Of a DNA stretch of 39,862 nt, positions 1 to 13,619 are shown piece after piece. The notes under the pieces are model-generated. The model was not told where the DNA came from. It was given only the letters and a program-made list of their open reading frames with translations, and did not search any database. The position numbers and the translations under genes were made by a program. The stretch lies in contig NEEC01000116.1 in assembly GCA_002189035.1 (NCBI GenBank), positions 1-39,862 on the forward strand, given 5' to 3'. Origin of the DNA: Utricularia gibba (lineage: Eukaryota; Plantae; Magnoliophyta). The number at the start of each line of letters is the position of its first letter. Positions within the stretch are counted from its first letter, which is position 1.

Positions 1-3000
1 TCCTTCTCAAGCAGAGCTCTCTCACTTTCAAGCTCCTCCTTCTCATTCAAGAGCACAGATTGGTTGTTTTCAGCAACCAACAAGGCATCTTCCAAGGATT
101 TTATTATTGTTTGCATGCTTGATAGCTTCCCAGATAAAAAACTTGATACATCCCTTACTTTCCTCAGCTCTTCTTCAGCCTCCATCTTTGCCATTTCGTT
201 TTCATTCAGGTGATTTGAAATCCATCTCAATTTTCCAATAGGCTCCTCAAAAACTACATTGTCTGAAATCGTAATACTTTCAATGACCTCAAGGATACTT
301 TTTAATGTTCTGTTGCTCTCTGAAAGATACTTCTCAAGCTGATCCACGTGATCCTTTGCAGAGACAAGCTCTTTCTGCAACACGGGAATCAAATCAACTT
401 CCTGTGTCAATTTAGCAATTTGGCCCAAAGATGCATTATACTGTGATATGTTTTGCTGTAGTTCAGACTTCAAGTTCTCAATTTCTGAGTTTCTTTCATT
501 CAAAATAGTTTTAAAATTTTCCTTTTCTTGAGCAAGCCCTTTGCCCTTTTTGATTGCCATAGACAATTTGTCCTTCAGTACAGCACACCTATCCTCCAGA
601 TGACTAATGTTTTTGTGCATAGCCGCCTTGTCATCAATTAATGCCTTTAGCTCCAGAGTCTTTTTTTCAAGTTGACCTGACAAATAATCCATTGTCTCCC
701 TATCCAAGAGATCTTCCTCAACAACTAGCTCATAGAGACTCATCCCCTGATACGTCACATAAATAAAACTCTGTAAATCTTCAAAGGTTTCATCATAATG
801 AGATGGCCTGAATAGCGTATTATTTTCTTTTATTTTTCCAAGACATATATCAAAAATAGTCTTCATGTCAGGGGCTCTGGATGGGTTTCATCCCGTGCAT
901 AATCTACATTTCCAGATGCCTCCAGCAGCCAATTCAATAACCTGTCTTTATCCATTGCAATAAGGCGTTCCCTTTCAACAGCCCCTTCATGTTGCTGTCT
1001 TAAATTCTCGGATTCTAATTTAATACAAGCCTTTTCATGTGACTCAGCTGAAAGCAAAGCCTTCAGGTGATTGACCTCCTCAAGATGACGTGACCTTTCC
1101 ATCTCAACAGCTTTCTCGTATTCCCGTCTCAAGTTCTCCAGCTCCACCAGGAGGTCACTCTTCTCCTGCAAATCAGCTGAGTGTGATTCTTTAAGCATAT
1201 CGATCTCAGTATTTAAAGATTCTCTGGCTCCAGCCATTTCACGTCTTAGCCTCTCACTATTGTCATATTCTTCTCTCAATTCCTTTCCTTCTGCCTCAAG
1301 ACAGAAAATCTCTAGAGTCTGAGCCACAAGAAAAACCGTAAGATTAGAAATCTCAAAATCCGAAAATTCTTTAATTTTAGCTAACTCAGAATGCAACTTC
1401 GCAGCTTCTTGTTTAGAGTGATCAAACGATTCAACAAGCCAATTTATACGGCTATCTAATTCACTTGATGCCACTGATTCTGGAAAATCTAATGACAATA
1501 TGGCATCATATAGTTTATGGTACTCAGTTCTTAAATATTTGTTCTCATGGACAAGCAAACTAATTTGGCCACCTATCTGTTCAGATTGTAATTCCTCAGA
1601 AGCCATGCTCTCAGATAATATTTCTCTACATTTTTGAAGTATAAGCTCCTTTTCTGAAAGCAATTCCTGCATCGAAGATGAGGACTCTTCAATGGCCTCA
1701 AGCAATTCCTTAGTTTTTTCTGCAGCTTGTAGAACAGTCGACTTGTCTTGCAGTTCAAGGGAGCACCTTTCCAATTCATTTGTTTTCTCAGCTAGCAATT
1801 GCTTGAGTGAGTCCCTTTGCTGTACCAATGCCTTTCCTTTTGTCACAGCCATGCTAAGCTTCTCCTTTGTGTTAGCATACCTATTCCTTTCAATTTCAAC
1901 TTCCACAGTCAGTCGTTGATTTTCTCCATTAAGATGTTCCAGCATTGATCTATGCTTGTCTAACTCATGAACTATTTTACTTTTTTCATCTTGTAAATTG
2001 CTTATACCAGCGTGCAGATTTGCCTCTTTTGCTCTTGATTCTAGAATAAGATTACGTGCTATTGCAAAAGTTTCCCATTCACTAATTATACTTGAATTGG
2101 AGCCAACCTCAATCAGTGATTGCCGAAGCTGCTCAGTTTCAGAAGCAAAAGCAACATAACCTTGAACCAAGAATGCAATTGATTTCTCCATGTTTTCCAT
2201 CTTTCGAGTAAGAGTTTCTTCTGATCCTTCTTGATAGTATACCATGGAAATAGAAGTCAGCATCCTGTTTGCAACCTCCTCAATGAGAGACATATCAACA
2301 AGTTTAGCATTGAGAGAGTCGATCTCATGGTCTTTTTTCTGCAGTACGGAGTGAAGTTCAGCTATTCTCTTCTCATTCTCTGAAGCACTTTTAAAAAACC
2401 GAGAGCACTCAGTTAACATCTCAAGCGAAGAGACATTGGACCCTGCATTGATTGCATTCTGTTTTACCGAGGGGGTTTTCATATGCTCATCATATTCATA
2501 AGGCTCTCTCCGTTGCTCGTTATATGCCTTCACTTGGAAATACAGATGAGCAAGTTCAGTCATCAACACTCTTTTTTCTTCCTGCATGGAAAAAAGTGTT
2601 CCATTTAGCTCATAATTCATTCAAGTGACTAAACCAGGACGGACATATTCAACAGTAAACCTCATAATCATTGAAGTTTATTTCCTTCTCTTCTAAACCC
2701 ATGTCATGGGTGTCATGCAATTGCTTTACATCATAGATCAATTGTGGTTGTTTAACCTCATTTTTCGATTCATCATCTTGAACAACAGGCATGTTATCCT
2801 CGTCATTTTGCTGAGATGATGTCTCAATTTCGTCCGGACAATCAACAAACATATCATCCCTACACCATCCTCCCACTATCCATTTTAATGCACTTCATGG
2901 GAAGATTTTGCTCCAGCTTCATCATCAGCCCCCAAAGGATCTAACTGCGAAGCAAGATCACCAAAGCACATCATATAGGTTGTGAAAGAATACCTGTTCA

Positions 3001-3229
3001 CTACGGCAAAAAGATAGCGCCTCAAACAGTACACGGACCAGAATAACTAAAACTCAACTCCCAGTCTGCATGCTTACGCTCCCAAAACTAAAAAGATACC
3101 GAACCTGATGAGCAGAATAGCCAGCATCTTCAGCATCAGCTCCACTGTGAATAGGCAATCCATTATCCAACCCACCAGACTCTCCTTCTACCGAAGCCCA
3201 TCTTCATCACGACTATCAACCATCTCCAT
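1..3229 (-). CDS. TNO1: TNO1-like (TGN-localized SYP41-interacting protein 1) long coiled-coil protein, 5' part. Exons ~3229-3105, 2944-2661, 2581-<1; gene runs off the window edge
   Basis: Motifs DMFVDCPDEIE, KEKLSMAVTKGKALVQQRDSLKQ and KDKLSMAIKKGKGLAQE, as recalled from plant TNO1 homologues. GT-AG introns at 3104-2945 and 2660-2582. After an apparent -1 frameshift near 870 the frame (DMKTIFDICLGKIKEN...) stays open to base 1. Further apparent -1 shifts near 3198 and 2860-2900. Confidence 0.88.
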
Positions 3230-3734
3230 TAATCATCACTCAATCAGATCCGTTCCTTTTTCTTCCAACAGGAAAAAAAATTAAAAAAAAAAGAAACTGC
3301 GCTTGGGAATCCCTGCAAACTGGGAAAAGAGCAAAAGAAAATCGGATTCACTTAACGGATCTTGGCAATGGCACCGGTACCGTTGGGAGGGAAGAAGTGA
3401 TTATTGCACAACACGTCTAAATACAATTGTCGGTATTTACCAAACGACGGCGTATTCTGAATCTCGGAGCGACATGCGCCTTAATGAATCTCGGGCCATG
3501 TGATACCCATTGGGCCTCTGGTTTGAGCTGGCCCACATAACATTGCAGGCATAATGATAAAAATAGAAATTTCTGTTTTCTATGAGATAAGCGGATAAAC
3601 CTGGCCCACCGGTCGTTTCCTAGAAAAACCAACGGATCGCGGTTTCCAGTCCCTACACCGGCCACTAGTCGTGCTCTGCTTTCATCGCTTCTGTAGTTTT
3701 CGTCGGGCGTAGCGCTGTAGATCCTCTTGAAGTT
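3230..3734. promoter_or_regulatory. Shared divergent promoter region of TNO1 and GAPC, with three site II (TGGGCY/GGCCCA) motifs and ARE-like TGGTTT/AAACCA motifs
   Basis: TGGGCC 3511-3516, GGCCCA 3530-3535 and 3603-3608, TGGTTT 3519-3524, AAACCA ~3626. The start codons diverge 505 bp apart. No clear TATA box. Confidence 0.55.
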
Positions 3735-5636
<1,902 letters not shown>

Positions 5637-5949
5637 GAGCTTTCTGGTTCATATTTCTAGCTGCATCTTGTACGGCTCGGCCTTCATCGTTTCCCTTGAA
5701 GAAATAAGGCGATTGTGTGGACGTTTCTGTTAGATAGAACCCTATGCTCTCAGTGTTTCAGAATCCGCCACATGCTCAAAATGAAGAATCAAGAGTTACT
5801 GCAAGTTTTGTCTTACACGAGTTTTTCTTTGAAATAAGGAGACCAGCGCATATTAAAAAATAATTCATGTTTTTTTTGTGTTCAAAAGTAATGAGGTGGT
5901 TAGCCAGACCAGACAAGATGGGTTAGTGTGTGATTATTATTTAAAGGTA

Positions 5950-8750
5950 AAAGATGAATTTGAAAAAGTTATTAAAGTATTAAAAATAATTTCTTAAATT
6001 AACAATAACTAGAGTGCAAAAGCTTAATTATTATATATGCATGAATATTTTTAAATTTGTGAATTTATATATTTTGATATACAATTATTTTTTTATTAAA
6101 TGAGAAATTTTGTACACTCTTTCATTATTTATATATCAATTTTTAATAGTTTATAATTATCTAACACCCTATGATATAGTGACTTGGTAACAACAGCCCT
6201 TCGGTTAGGTTTGTTACCCCGGCCACCTCACTCACAGCTCCGTCAACCTCTTACCCTTGTGAGATGTCTTGGCTTTGCATTTTACCTAACTAACCAAGTT
6301 TACTTGCATTTTACCTCACTCACAACATTTATTTGCATTTTACTTTTATTAAAAATAAAATAATTTTGTAATTTTATCAAATAGTATATTAATATTCCTT
6401 TTTTAAAAGATTACAAAATCTACTTAACAAAATAATAAAATGTAATACATTATTTTTTTCAAAAAAATTTAATGCTATATCAATGATAAAAAAACATAAA
6501 ATAAATTTCATGAACAAATATCAAACATATGATAAGATAGAATATCAAAAATAGATTATATAACAAATTTTATTGTTAACATATATTATATATCAAAAGA
6601 AATTAATATATAAGTTAAATGAGTATTTTCTTTCAAAGATATCTTTTATTTACATTACAATTAAATATATTTTATATTTTCAGAAAAATGTAAAAAAATC
6701 AATTTAATAAAATATACTTAAGTAAAAATTAAATTAAAAATCATGAATAATTTAAGTTTAGTTTTATCGTATATTCAATATAAAATCAAAAATACTTGTT
6801 ATATAAATACAGATAACAATTAATTATGTTATATAAATAAATTATTTAATTTATTAAAAATTGAAAATCGATTTCAAATCTTTTGCATAATATTATTAAT
6901 GAAAAAAAAAATTATTTATCAAAATAAAAATTAGAACAACATCAAGGAGTAATATATGTAATATATAAAATATTGATTCGATATTAAAAAATTATATTGT
7001 GGAAACTTTTAAGTAAAAATAAAATATTGAATTAAAAATAAATATAATATAAAGCAATTCATTTTGTTTTTCACATTTATACTAAAATTTTTATTCAAAA
7101 ATAAAATAAATTACGGATTTGATTTCTTGATAAACTTTATCATACAATTGATAAATATTTTATCTTATTAAAAAATTATTTATATTTTACTTTATCAATA
7201 AAATTAATTCGTGTTTTACTTTATCATAAATCCAATTTAATTTTTAATTATTTTAGATAAAATGTAATGCAAAATCATAAAATATAAATTTAAATAAAAG
7301 AAATATACAACATAGGTATTATATAATGTCGATTTTCAATAAATACATTATATTTTAAAATATATTAATACAACAAATATATAATTAAATCATAAAATGA
7401 TATATTAAATGTAATATTTCATTTGTTTTGTAGTCACAATAGACTGCACACCATTTGGCAAATACAATATTTTCTTAATAGTTGTGTCACCTGCGATTAA
7501 CATGCCATTCTCATGAATGATGATGAGAGTGTTGATGAATTTAGATGTGACAATGAGGCTCATGCAAAAAAGGAAGAGTTTGCCTCATGATTTCAATGAT
7601 GTTCCTCATATGATGAATGTCTAAATGTGGAGTTATTTGGAATAGAAAAATGTCTTGATGATAGAATAGTAAGCATTGAAGATTCTTATTCATGAAATAA
7701 TAGAGGTCTAGAATTCAAATCAATAGAACTTAATTCATATGCCTTATTTTGACGACATCTAATTCTTTGTTAAACATTAGTAGATCTCTTATATCTTTTT
7801 GTATTATCACGATAAGTTTAATTTTATGTCTTTATTGATCAATTGAAAGTCGAAAAGGTGTTGGCACCCACTCATGTTTATCTTGTATTGGATGGATTTC
7901 AAAGACGTAAGTATTTATTAAAAAAAAAAGTCAGATAATTGTTATTTACTTTATATTTTGGATTTATTCGAAAATTGTGATAAGTATTCACATATAACAA
8001 TATATTAGTTAATAGTTTAAATTTGTATCAATAAGTAGTTTACCTTTTACATATAATGTATAGATATCGATATATTTGTAAAATTTCGCAATCATATTCA
8101 TGCTTTTGAACTTTAACTTTATAAGTTTCTAGTGAATTTGTAACTTCTAATTTGATTTCATCTTGTTGAGTAGTAACATCATATACTATGCAAACAAGAT
8201 ATTTTAATAATTTAGAACACTCTTCATATTTCTTATTAATCTTTTCATCTAATGGAATTCCTTTTTTGTCGTATACTTATTGCAGCGTTATATTTGTGAA
8301 AATATTTACTTCCCTTATCAAATGCAACCTAGAAACATGTGTCACGATAATGAATATAAATATAAAAATTTTGTGTATATTAACCTATACAATTATCATT
8401 GACGGTAATCATCGAGCACCATATAAGATACCGTTGAGAGCCTTAACATGATTGGTAGTCATTATCGTATTATGATTTCAATAAAAAAGAAATAAATATA
8501 ATTTCATATATTGGTATACTTCATCGTATAACAATGTTCATTATTGTAATGGAATATTTTTTATATAGTCAAAATATTTTGAAAATGAACCTCTAATTAA
8601 ATTAAATATTCCTTTTGACTTTCAACCAATTTTATTCATACAATTCTTTCGTATGTGATATACACAAAAACGATGAACAACATATGCATGAGTGAAATGT
8701 CTATATATTTTGAAAGTTGCCAAAAGTCCAAATCTATAATTATGATGATA
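5950..8750. other. Very AT-rich intergenic tract, probably decayed DNA-transposon sequence
   Basis: Long runs of A/T with no credible ORF. TTGCATTTTAC repeated three times at ~6275-6345, resembling a MULE terminal repeat. Confidence 0.35.
7500..7760 (+). pseudogene. Possible FAR1/MULE transposase N-terminal remnant
   Basis: Acidic stop-interrupted frame ending GLEFKSIE...NSYA, resembling the FAR1 DNA-binding motif GMEFESxEEAyxFYNxYA. Confidence 0.3.
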
Positions 8751-9177
8751 TAAACCTTAAGGGCCAGTTTGGTAGATAGGGTTGGAATAAATTGGATTAT
8801 AGTTATTTGGGATATTTGATGGGTTTACATTTACTTAAGTTTAAGTAATTTGCATGTTTGGTAAATTGGACTGCAAAAAAACTGATAAGCATATAGAAAT
8901 CAATATATATATACTTATCTTTTTATTAATTTACATTTTTCATCTTTAAATAATATTTCATTTTTAATATATTTTTTCAAAACCACCGTCCCTTTTCTAT
9001 ACCATCGATTCCAGAGCAGAGGGGTAGGGTTTATCAATTCCCTCCACAAGCACATCTGTAAGCATTGTTGTTGCGGGTGCCTAGTGTATTCATGTAGATG
9101 AGGGGCTCGATGGAGAAAAAAGTTAGGAGTTAATTTGAAAAATACCCACTATAATTTAACTGTGTGATAAAAGTACC

Positions 9178-9693
9178 TATTAAGGGCGAAAATCGGTATA
9201 CCGGACTGGGCCGATTTTTGGGTTATGAACGGCATCGTTTCTTTCCGTCGTCTGCTCAGTTTGATCGGATGAAATGGAAATATGTGAGGATTTTTTACAT
9301 GGAAACCACCGTGAGGCGGAAAAACCACGGAGTTGTCGGAGCTCGTCGGAGAAAATGTTTATTAAACGGAGATGGTGGAGAAAGGTACAGATTGGGAGGC
9401 TTGGGATCGAATCCCTTCTCCCGTCATGATTCCTTTTATTTATAGGGGAGGCCAGTCTATCCGATTCTTTGCCTTTGACGGTGTCGGTTACTTTTGCGCC
9501 TACTATGCGACCCAGCTTTCCAAACATCGGCCGCCTATTCCACCGTGATTCGGCTGCTTTTCAGATTGTGTCAGACGGCCATCGCTGTCAAATTTCTGAC
9601 ACATATCGGCCTGCTGACTGGCATTATCCTATCAAGGCTCCTTTTCGTAGCCTTTCAAAATCCGATCATCCCCACCCGATTTACACCCCATCA
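9178..9693 (-). mobile_element. Solo LTR (516 bp), Tat-lineage Gypsy family
   Basis: Perfect 5-bp TSD GTACC (9173-9177, 9694-9698). Element strand starts TGATGGGGTGTAAATC and ends ...CCCTTAATA (CA mutated). Colinear with the LTR at 29342-29854. Confidence 0.88.
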
Positions 9694-9766
9694 GTACCGA
9701 TCTTATGTTGAAAAAAATAGCCGTAGTTTGTGAGAGAGATTGGTAGTGGGTACTTTAATAAAAGAC

Positions 9767-10986
9767 TGATGAACGTTGGAATGGGTTGCTAAATGTCGCA
9801 GTTTAGCACATTCAACGCATCAAAAGAAATTTATAAACCGAGCTATTCTACTACACAAATCACAAGAATTAATGTAGTGTGGCAAGCAAGGGTCGAATCC
9901 ACAAGGAATGGTTGCAATTTTCTGAAGTTCAACACAATTACCTAAAACAGGGGGGTTTTCTGGAATTTAAGTCTAATGCGGGTAAGACGTAAAATAACAG
10001 TTCTTGGAATAAATGAGTTGCAGGGATGAAGAGGGACTGAAATTAACGTGAAGGTGCATAAAACATAAAATAAAAGTAATTTGGCTGGGTTTTACACCAG
10101 GGTCTAGCTCTTGTGTCACTCAAGAGAGCCCTTAGGCTTAAGCCCAGCTTGGAACGCTTGAAAACAGAGTAATAGTTTGCAGAAACAGAGCATGGTTTGC
10201 ATGAACAGTAAAAGCGCGTTAAACTTAAAGGCAAACATGGAAAGCTTAAATAGAAACATGTTTATAAACTAAGGTAAGGTCTACAACGAGTTTCCAGTTC
10301 ATAGCAAGGTACCGAAAAGCATCAGAAATCATAAAAACAACGGCAATAACAGTAGCAAGTTCAAGTAGAAAAGGGAGTGCAGAAATCTATAAATAAAAGT
10401 TGCAGGATGCTTCTGTGGGCTGGAGATTTGTTGGAAATCGAAGTTCTGGCCAGAACGGTGGTATAGACACGCAGATGTGGAGGTCGCCGGAGACTTGCAC
10501 CGGAGAAACGGAGTTCTCCTTGCTCCCGCTCGCTCCTGTTCGCTGCCTGTGCACTCTGCGTGCATAGTGTTCTCTCCTTCTTCTCTCCCTTCCTTTTCCT
10601 TTTTGCAGCTAAAAAGTAAGGGTAGCTTCGTCTTTTCCTTAGGCTTCTAGAAGGGAGATCTCTGCTCCATATCTTATCTCTTCAGAAGGGTGGCTACTTT
10701 CGGCGGAAAGTGGCTTTTGCACAGCTTTTCTGTCCCTTCTGACTTGTCAACGCGGAAAGTGCGCTGCTACAGTACTAGCTCTTACCCTGGTAAGACTTAA
10801 AACATAGACTGGACAAAATACTAGAGTTTTCGGCTCAATTGTTGCCAATTGAGCCTGTTTTCACAATAAACACATTCTAGTAGACTAAATACGCAAAAGA
10901 AGATAATTTAGCATACTAAATAACATTTATCCTTACAAAATATGCTTAAAAACATATATAAAAACATAATAAAAATGGTGTTATCA
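9767..10986 (-). mobile_element. Solo LTR (1220 bp), Athila-like Gypsy
   Basis: TG...CA termini with perfect TSD AAGAC (9762-9766, 10987-10991). Element strand starts TGATAACACC. Contains the GGTCGAATCCACAAGG motif typical of such LTRs. Lineage and strand are inferred. Confidence 0.85.
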
Positions 10987-11169
10987 AAGACCCAAAAAGT
11001 TGGAGTTGTAGGATTGATGGTTAACCGTTGTGAAGGATGTCAGTACAACAGCAGGTTTTCGAGACAAGGGTTTTGCAATTTTGTTAAATAATAATAATTT
11101 AAATTAATTAATAAAAAGGGTTTTTTAGTCTTAGTTAGGACTAAATCATAGATTTAGTCCCAACCTTCT

Positions 11170-11780
11170 AATAGTACTCTTTGAGCAATGCAGCACAAGT
11201 CGGCAACACAAATCTCAAGGAGCCGGATATGAACAGTGTAGTGGAACAGGATGAGGCAAAAGTTTGAAAAGAATAACACAAAATCCAAAGAGATGAAAAA
11301 GGAGGATTTTGAAAAAAAGGGGATAAGATGGAAAGAGAAAAAAATTTTCCCCATTGGAGACATACGACACAGCTTTCTGAAGATTTCTTCTGGGAGAAAG
11401 AAGGAAGGGGGACGATAACCTAGAAGAACCAATTTCTTTTTAAAGATTTTCTTTCATTCTTGATAAATACTGTTTCTAGTTGAAACTAGTTTTAGTTTTA
11501 CTGCGTGAACCATTTGTCTTTTCTATTTCTATTATCCACTATTTGTTGTGAGTGAAACCAGAATGTTGCTTAGGATAAGTTATGAAAATGTTTTCCTTTC
11601 CCTTGTTATGAGTGGCTAAGTGCTTAGAGGGATGCCTTGGGACCAAAGGGGTATAATATGATAATCAATTATTTGACCTTATTAACCATAGATCACACCA
11701 CTTCCTTAACAAATTAGGATAGATCTAGTAGGAGGAAGTAGTGAAACCCATATTAACAATCCTAATTAGAAGCAAACCAA
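11170..11780 (+). mobile_element. Probable LTR fragment (Athila-like)
   Basis: LTR-like composition and an ATGAGTGGCTAA...GGGAT motif. No termini or TSD found. Confidence 0.3.
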
Positions 11781-11789
11781 AGATTAGGG

Positions 11790-13491
11790 GGAAAACAAAA
11801 GTCCAGGTAGACCTAGACTTTGTCTATCTCTAAAATGCATTCTAATACATAAATCTATTTGTTCTTCATCATAATAATTAAGTGGAATACTTGTATCAAT
11901 GTTGTATGTCCACATAAATAACTCAGTATTTGGACAAATTTGATTTATATATACTTCATCATTCATCAATTCGTCTTGTTGTTCCAATATTTCATTGAAG
12001 TTAGGTATTTTTTCTCTTCATTCATACTAATCTCTTCATCAGCATATATATTATCAGGGATATCTGTATTCGTTTGATTTAAATTTTCATCTCCATAGAC
12101 ACCAGTTGTACCCTTATCGCAACAATAATTTGTATAATTCTCAAAACATAAAAAGATGAATGTGAAATATAATCTAAAATAAAAAAACTACAATAAGCAC
12201 ATTAGAAATTTAAATTTATGTCAAGAAAAAGTATTTAATTAATAATTATAATAGTTCAAAAAAGAATCAACATAATTCAAAAAAAAATGTAGTATTTAAT
12301 TGGATAATTATAGATATACGAAACATTAATATATTAACACGTGAAATTGGAATATAACAAAAATAATGCAATAAAGAATTAAAATATAATATGTCATACT
12401 AAAATATAAAAAATTATTTTTTATTAAATATTGAAAAGTCAAATGCATATATATGAATATATCTCTATAATTAGTAAATTCTTTGTATTGGTTGTATTCT
12501 TAAAAAGGATTATAATCATTAGGATGATAAGATTGTTGGGTAGTTATTTTCCTATCTTCTTATATGTTTTTGACTTCATGATATATATATATATAAATAT
12601 TTTAAAATTTGAAAGTTAACAATAAATATAATTCTAAAAAAAGAATACTTAACTCCAATAATTGTAGTTCTTCTATCATCAGCATTCCTTAAAATATACA
12701 TGTCAATCTCAAATGATGAATTATTTGGATTAAAAAGAAATTGTATTGGTTCTTTGTCAGAAATATTAATATAGCTTGCAATTATGATACTTTTATCATT
12801 GAAGTTATTAATCAATTAAATATAATAAATATTAATCATTATTCTAATTTCATTCTCAATAATGTTTAACAAATTTTTCAAAGAAATTGTGCGTTTCACT
12901 AATACAATCTTTAGGTAATCTCGATCATAACTCACATATCTATTTACAAAGGCCATGGGATAAAGATGTAGTAGATTTTTGTGATTGTAAGAAAATATAA
13001 AGTTAGATAATAATGCTCTCATCTTCTATCATTATATAAGTAATTTAAAAAATATATTAATTATTTATTTCATTAAAAATGAGAATTATTAGTGACACTA
13101 GCATGATGAAAATTAATTATTTTAGTCTAACAAATCTGAAAAAATAAAATTATATTTTTTATTTTTATTATCTTATACATGTTGTGGATAATATCTCATT
13201 TCTTAATATATATTATATATTTTTTATTTTTATCTTACAAAGTGATTTTTTTATTACTCATATTGTATAAAAAACACTTTTATCAAATAGAGTAAAATAC
13301 ATACATGAATTTAAATATAAGTTATTTTACAAAATGTTGATATGAATAGAATAAATTAAATAAAAGTTTAAGTGAAAAAAAGAACAAGGATTTAATTTTT
13401 ATCAAGTGTGGGTCAATCAAAGCATGAATAAGCATATAATGTAATGATGAAACAACTTATGTTAAAAGTTGGGGTATTTGTCACATTTGCC
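11790..13491 (-). mobile_element. 5' part of a MuDR/Mutator element: TIR plus decayed transposase N-terminus
   Basis: Terminus reads GGCAAATGTGACAAATACCCC on the minus strand from 13491. Frame 13022-12576 is continuous apart from one stop (...ISDKEPIQFLF...IDMYI, MuDR N-terminal-like). An acidic linker follows, then IDLCIRMHFRDRQSL, resembling the MuDR DNA-binding motif ELxxGMxFxxKxxL. Second TIR not found. Confidence 0.45.
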
Positions 13492-13619
13492 TCACACACC
13501 GCACGTTTAATGCTCATGGGAAAAAATCAGGACACTTTTGATTGGCCAATGATTTGCAAAACATAAGTCAAAACACAATGTTTCTGTACCATTCATCCTA
13601 CAGAAAAATATCATGCGGT

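Larger units (their letters stand above)
9126..10993. mobile_element. Mutator-like MITE (~122 bp net) interrupted by two solo LTRs
   Basis: Imperfect TIRs (AAAATACCCACTA near 9139-9151; TAGTGGGTACTTT near 9743-9755, continuing to ...GACCC at 10993). 9-bp flanks AAAAAGTTA (9117-9125) and AAAAAGTTG (10994-11002) match 8/9. Confidence 0.65.

Noticed and set aside
2994-3000. Possible 7-nt microexon (AG|TGAACAG|GT) in TNO1 intron 1
   Set aside because: It would begin with TGA in phase 0 and leave a 49-nt downstream intron. A single 160-nt intron gives a sensible protein.
8761-8880. Tourist/PIF-like TIR (TAA|GGGCCAGTTTGG)
   Set aside because: No matching right-hand TIR or TSD found.
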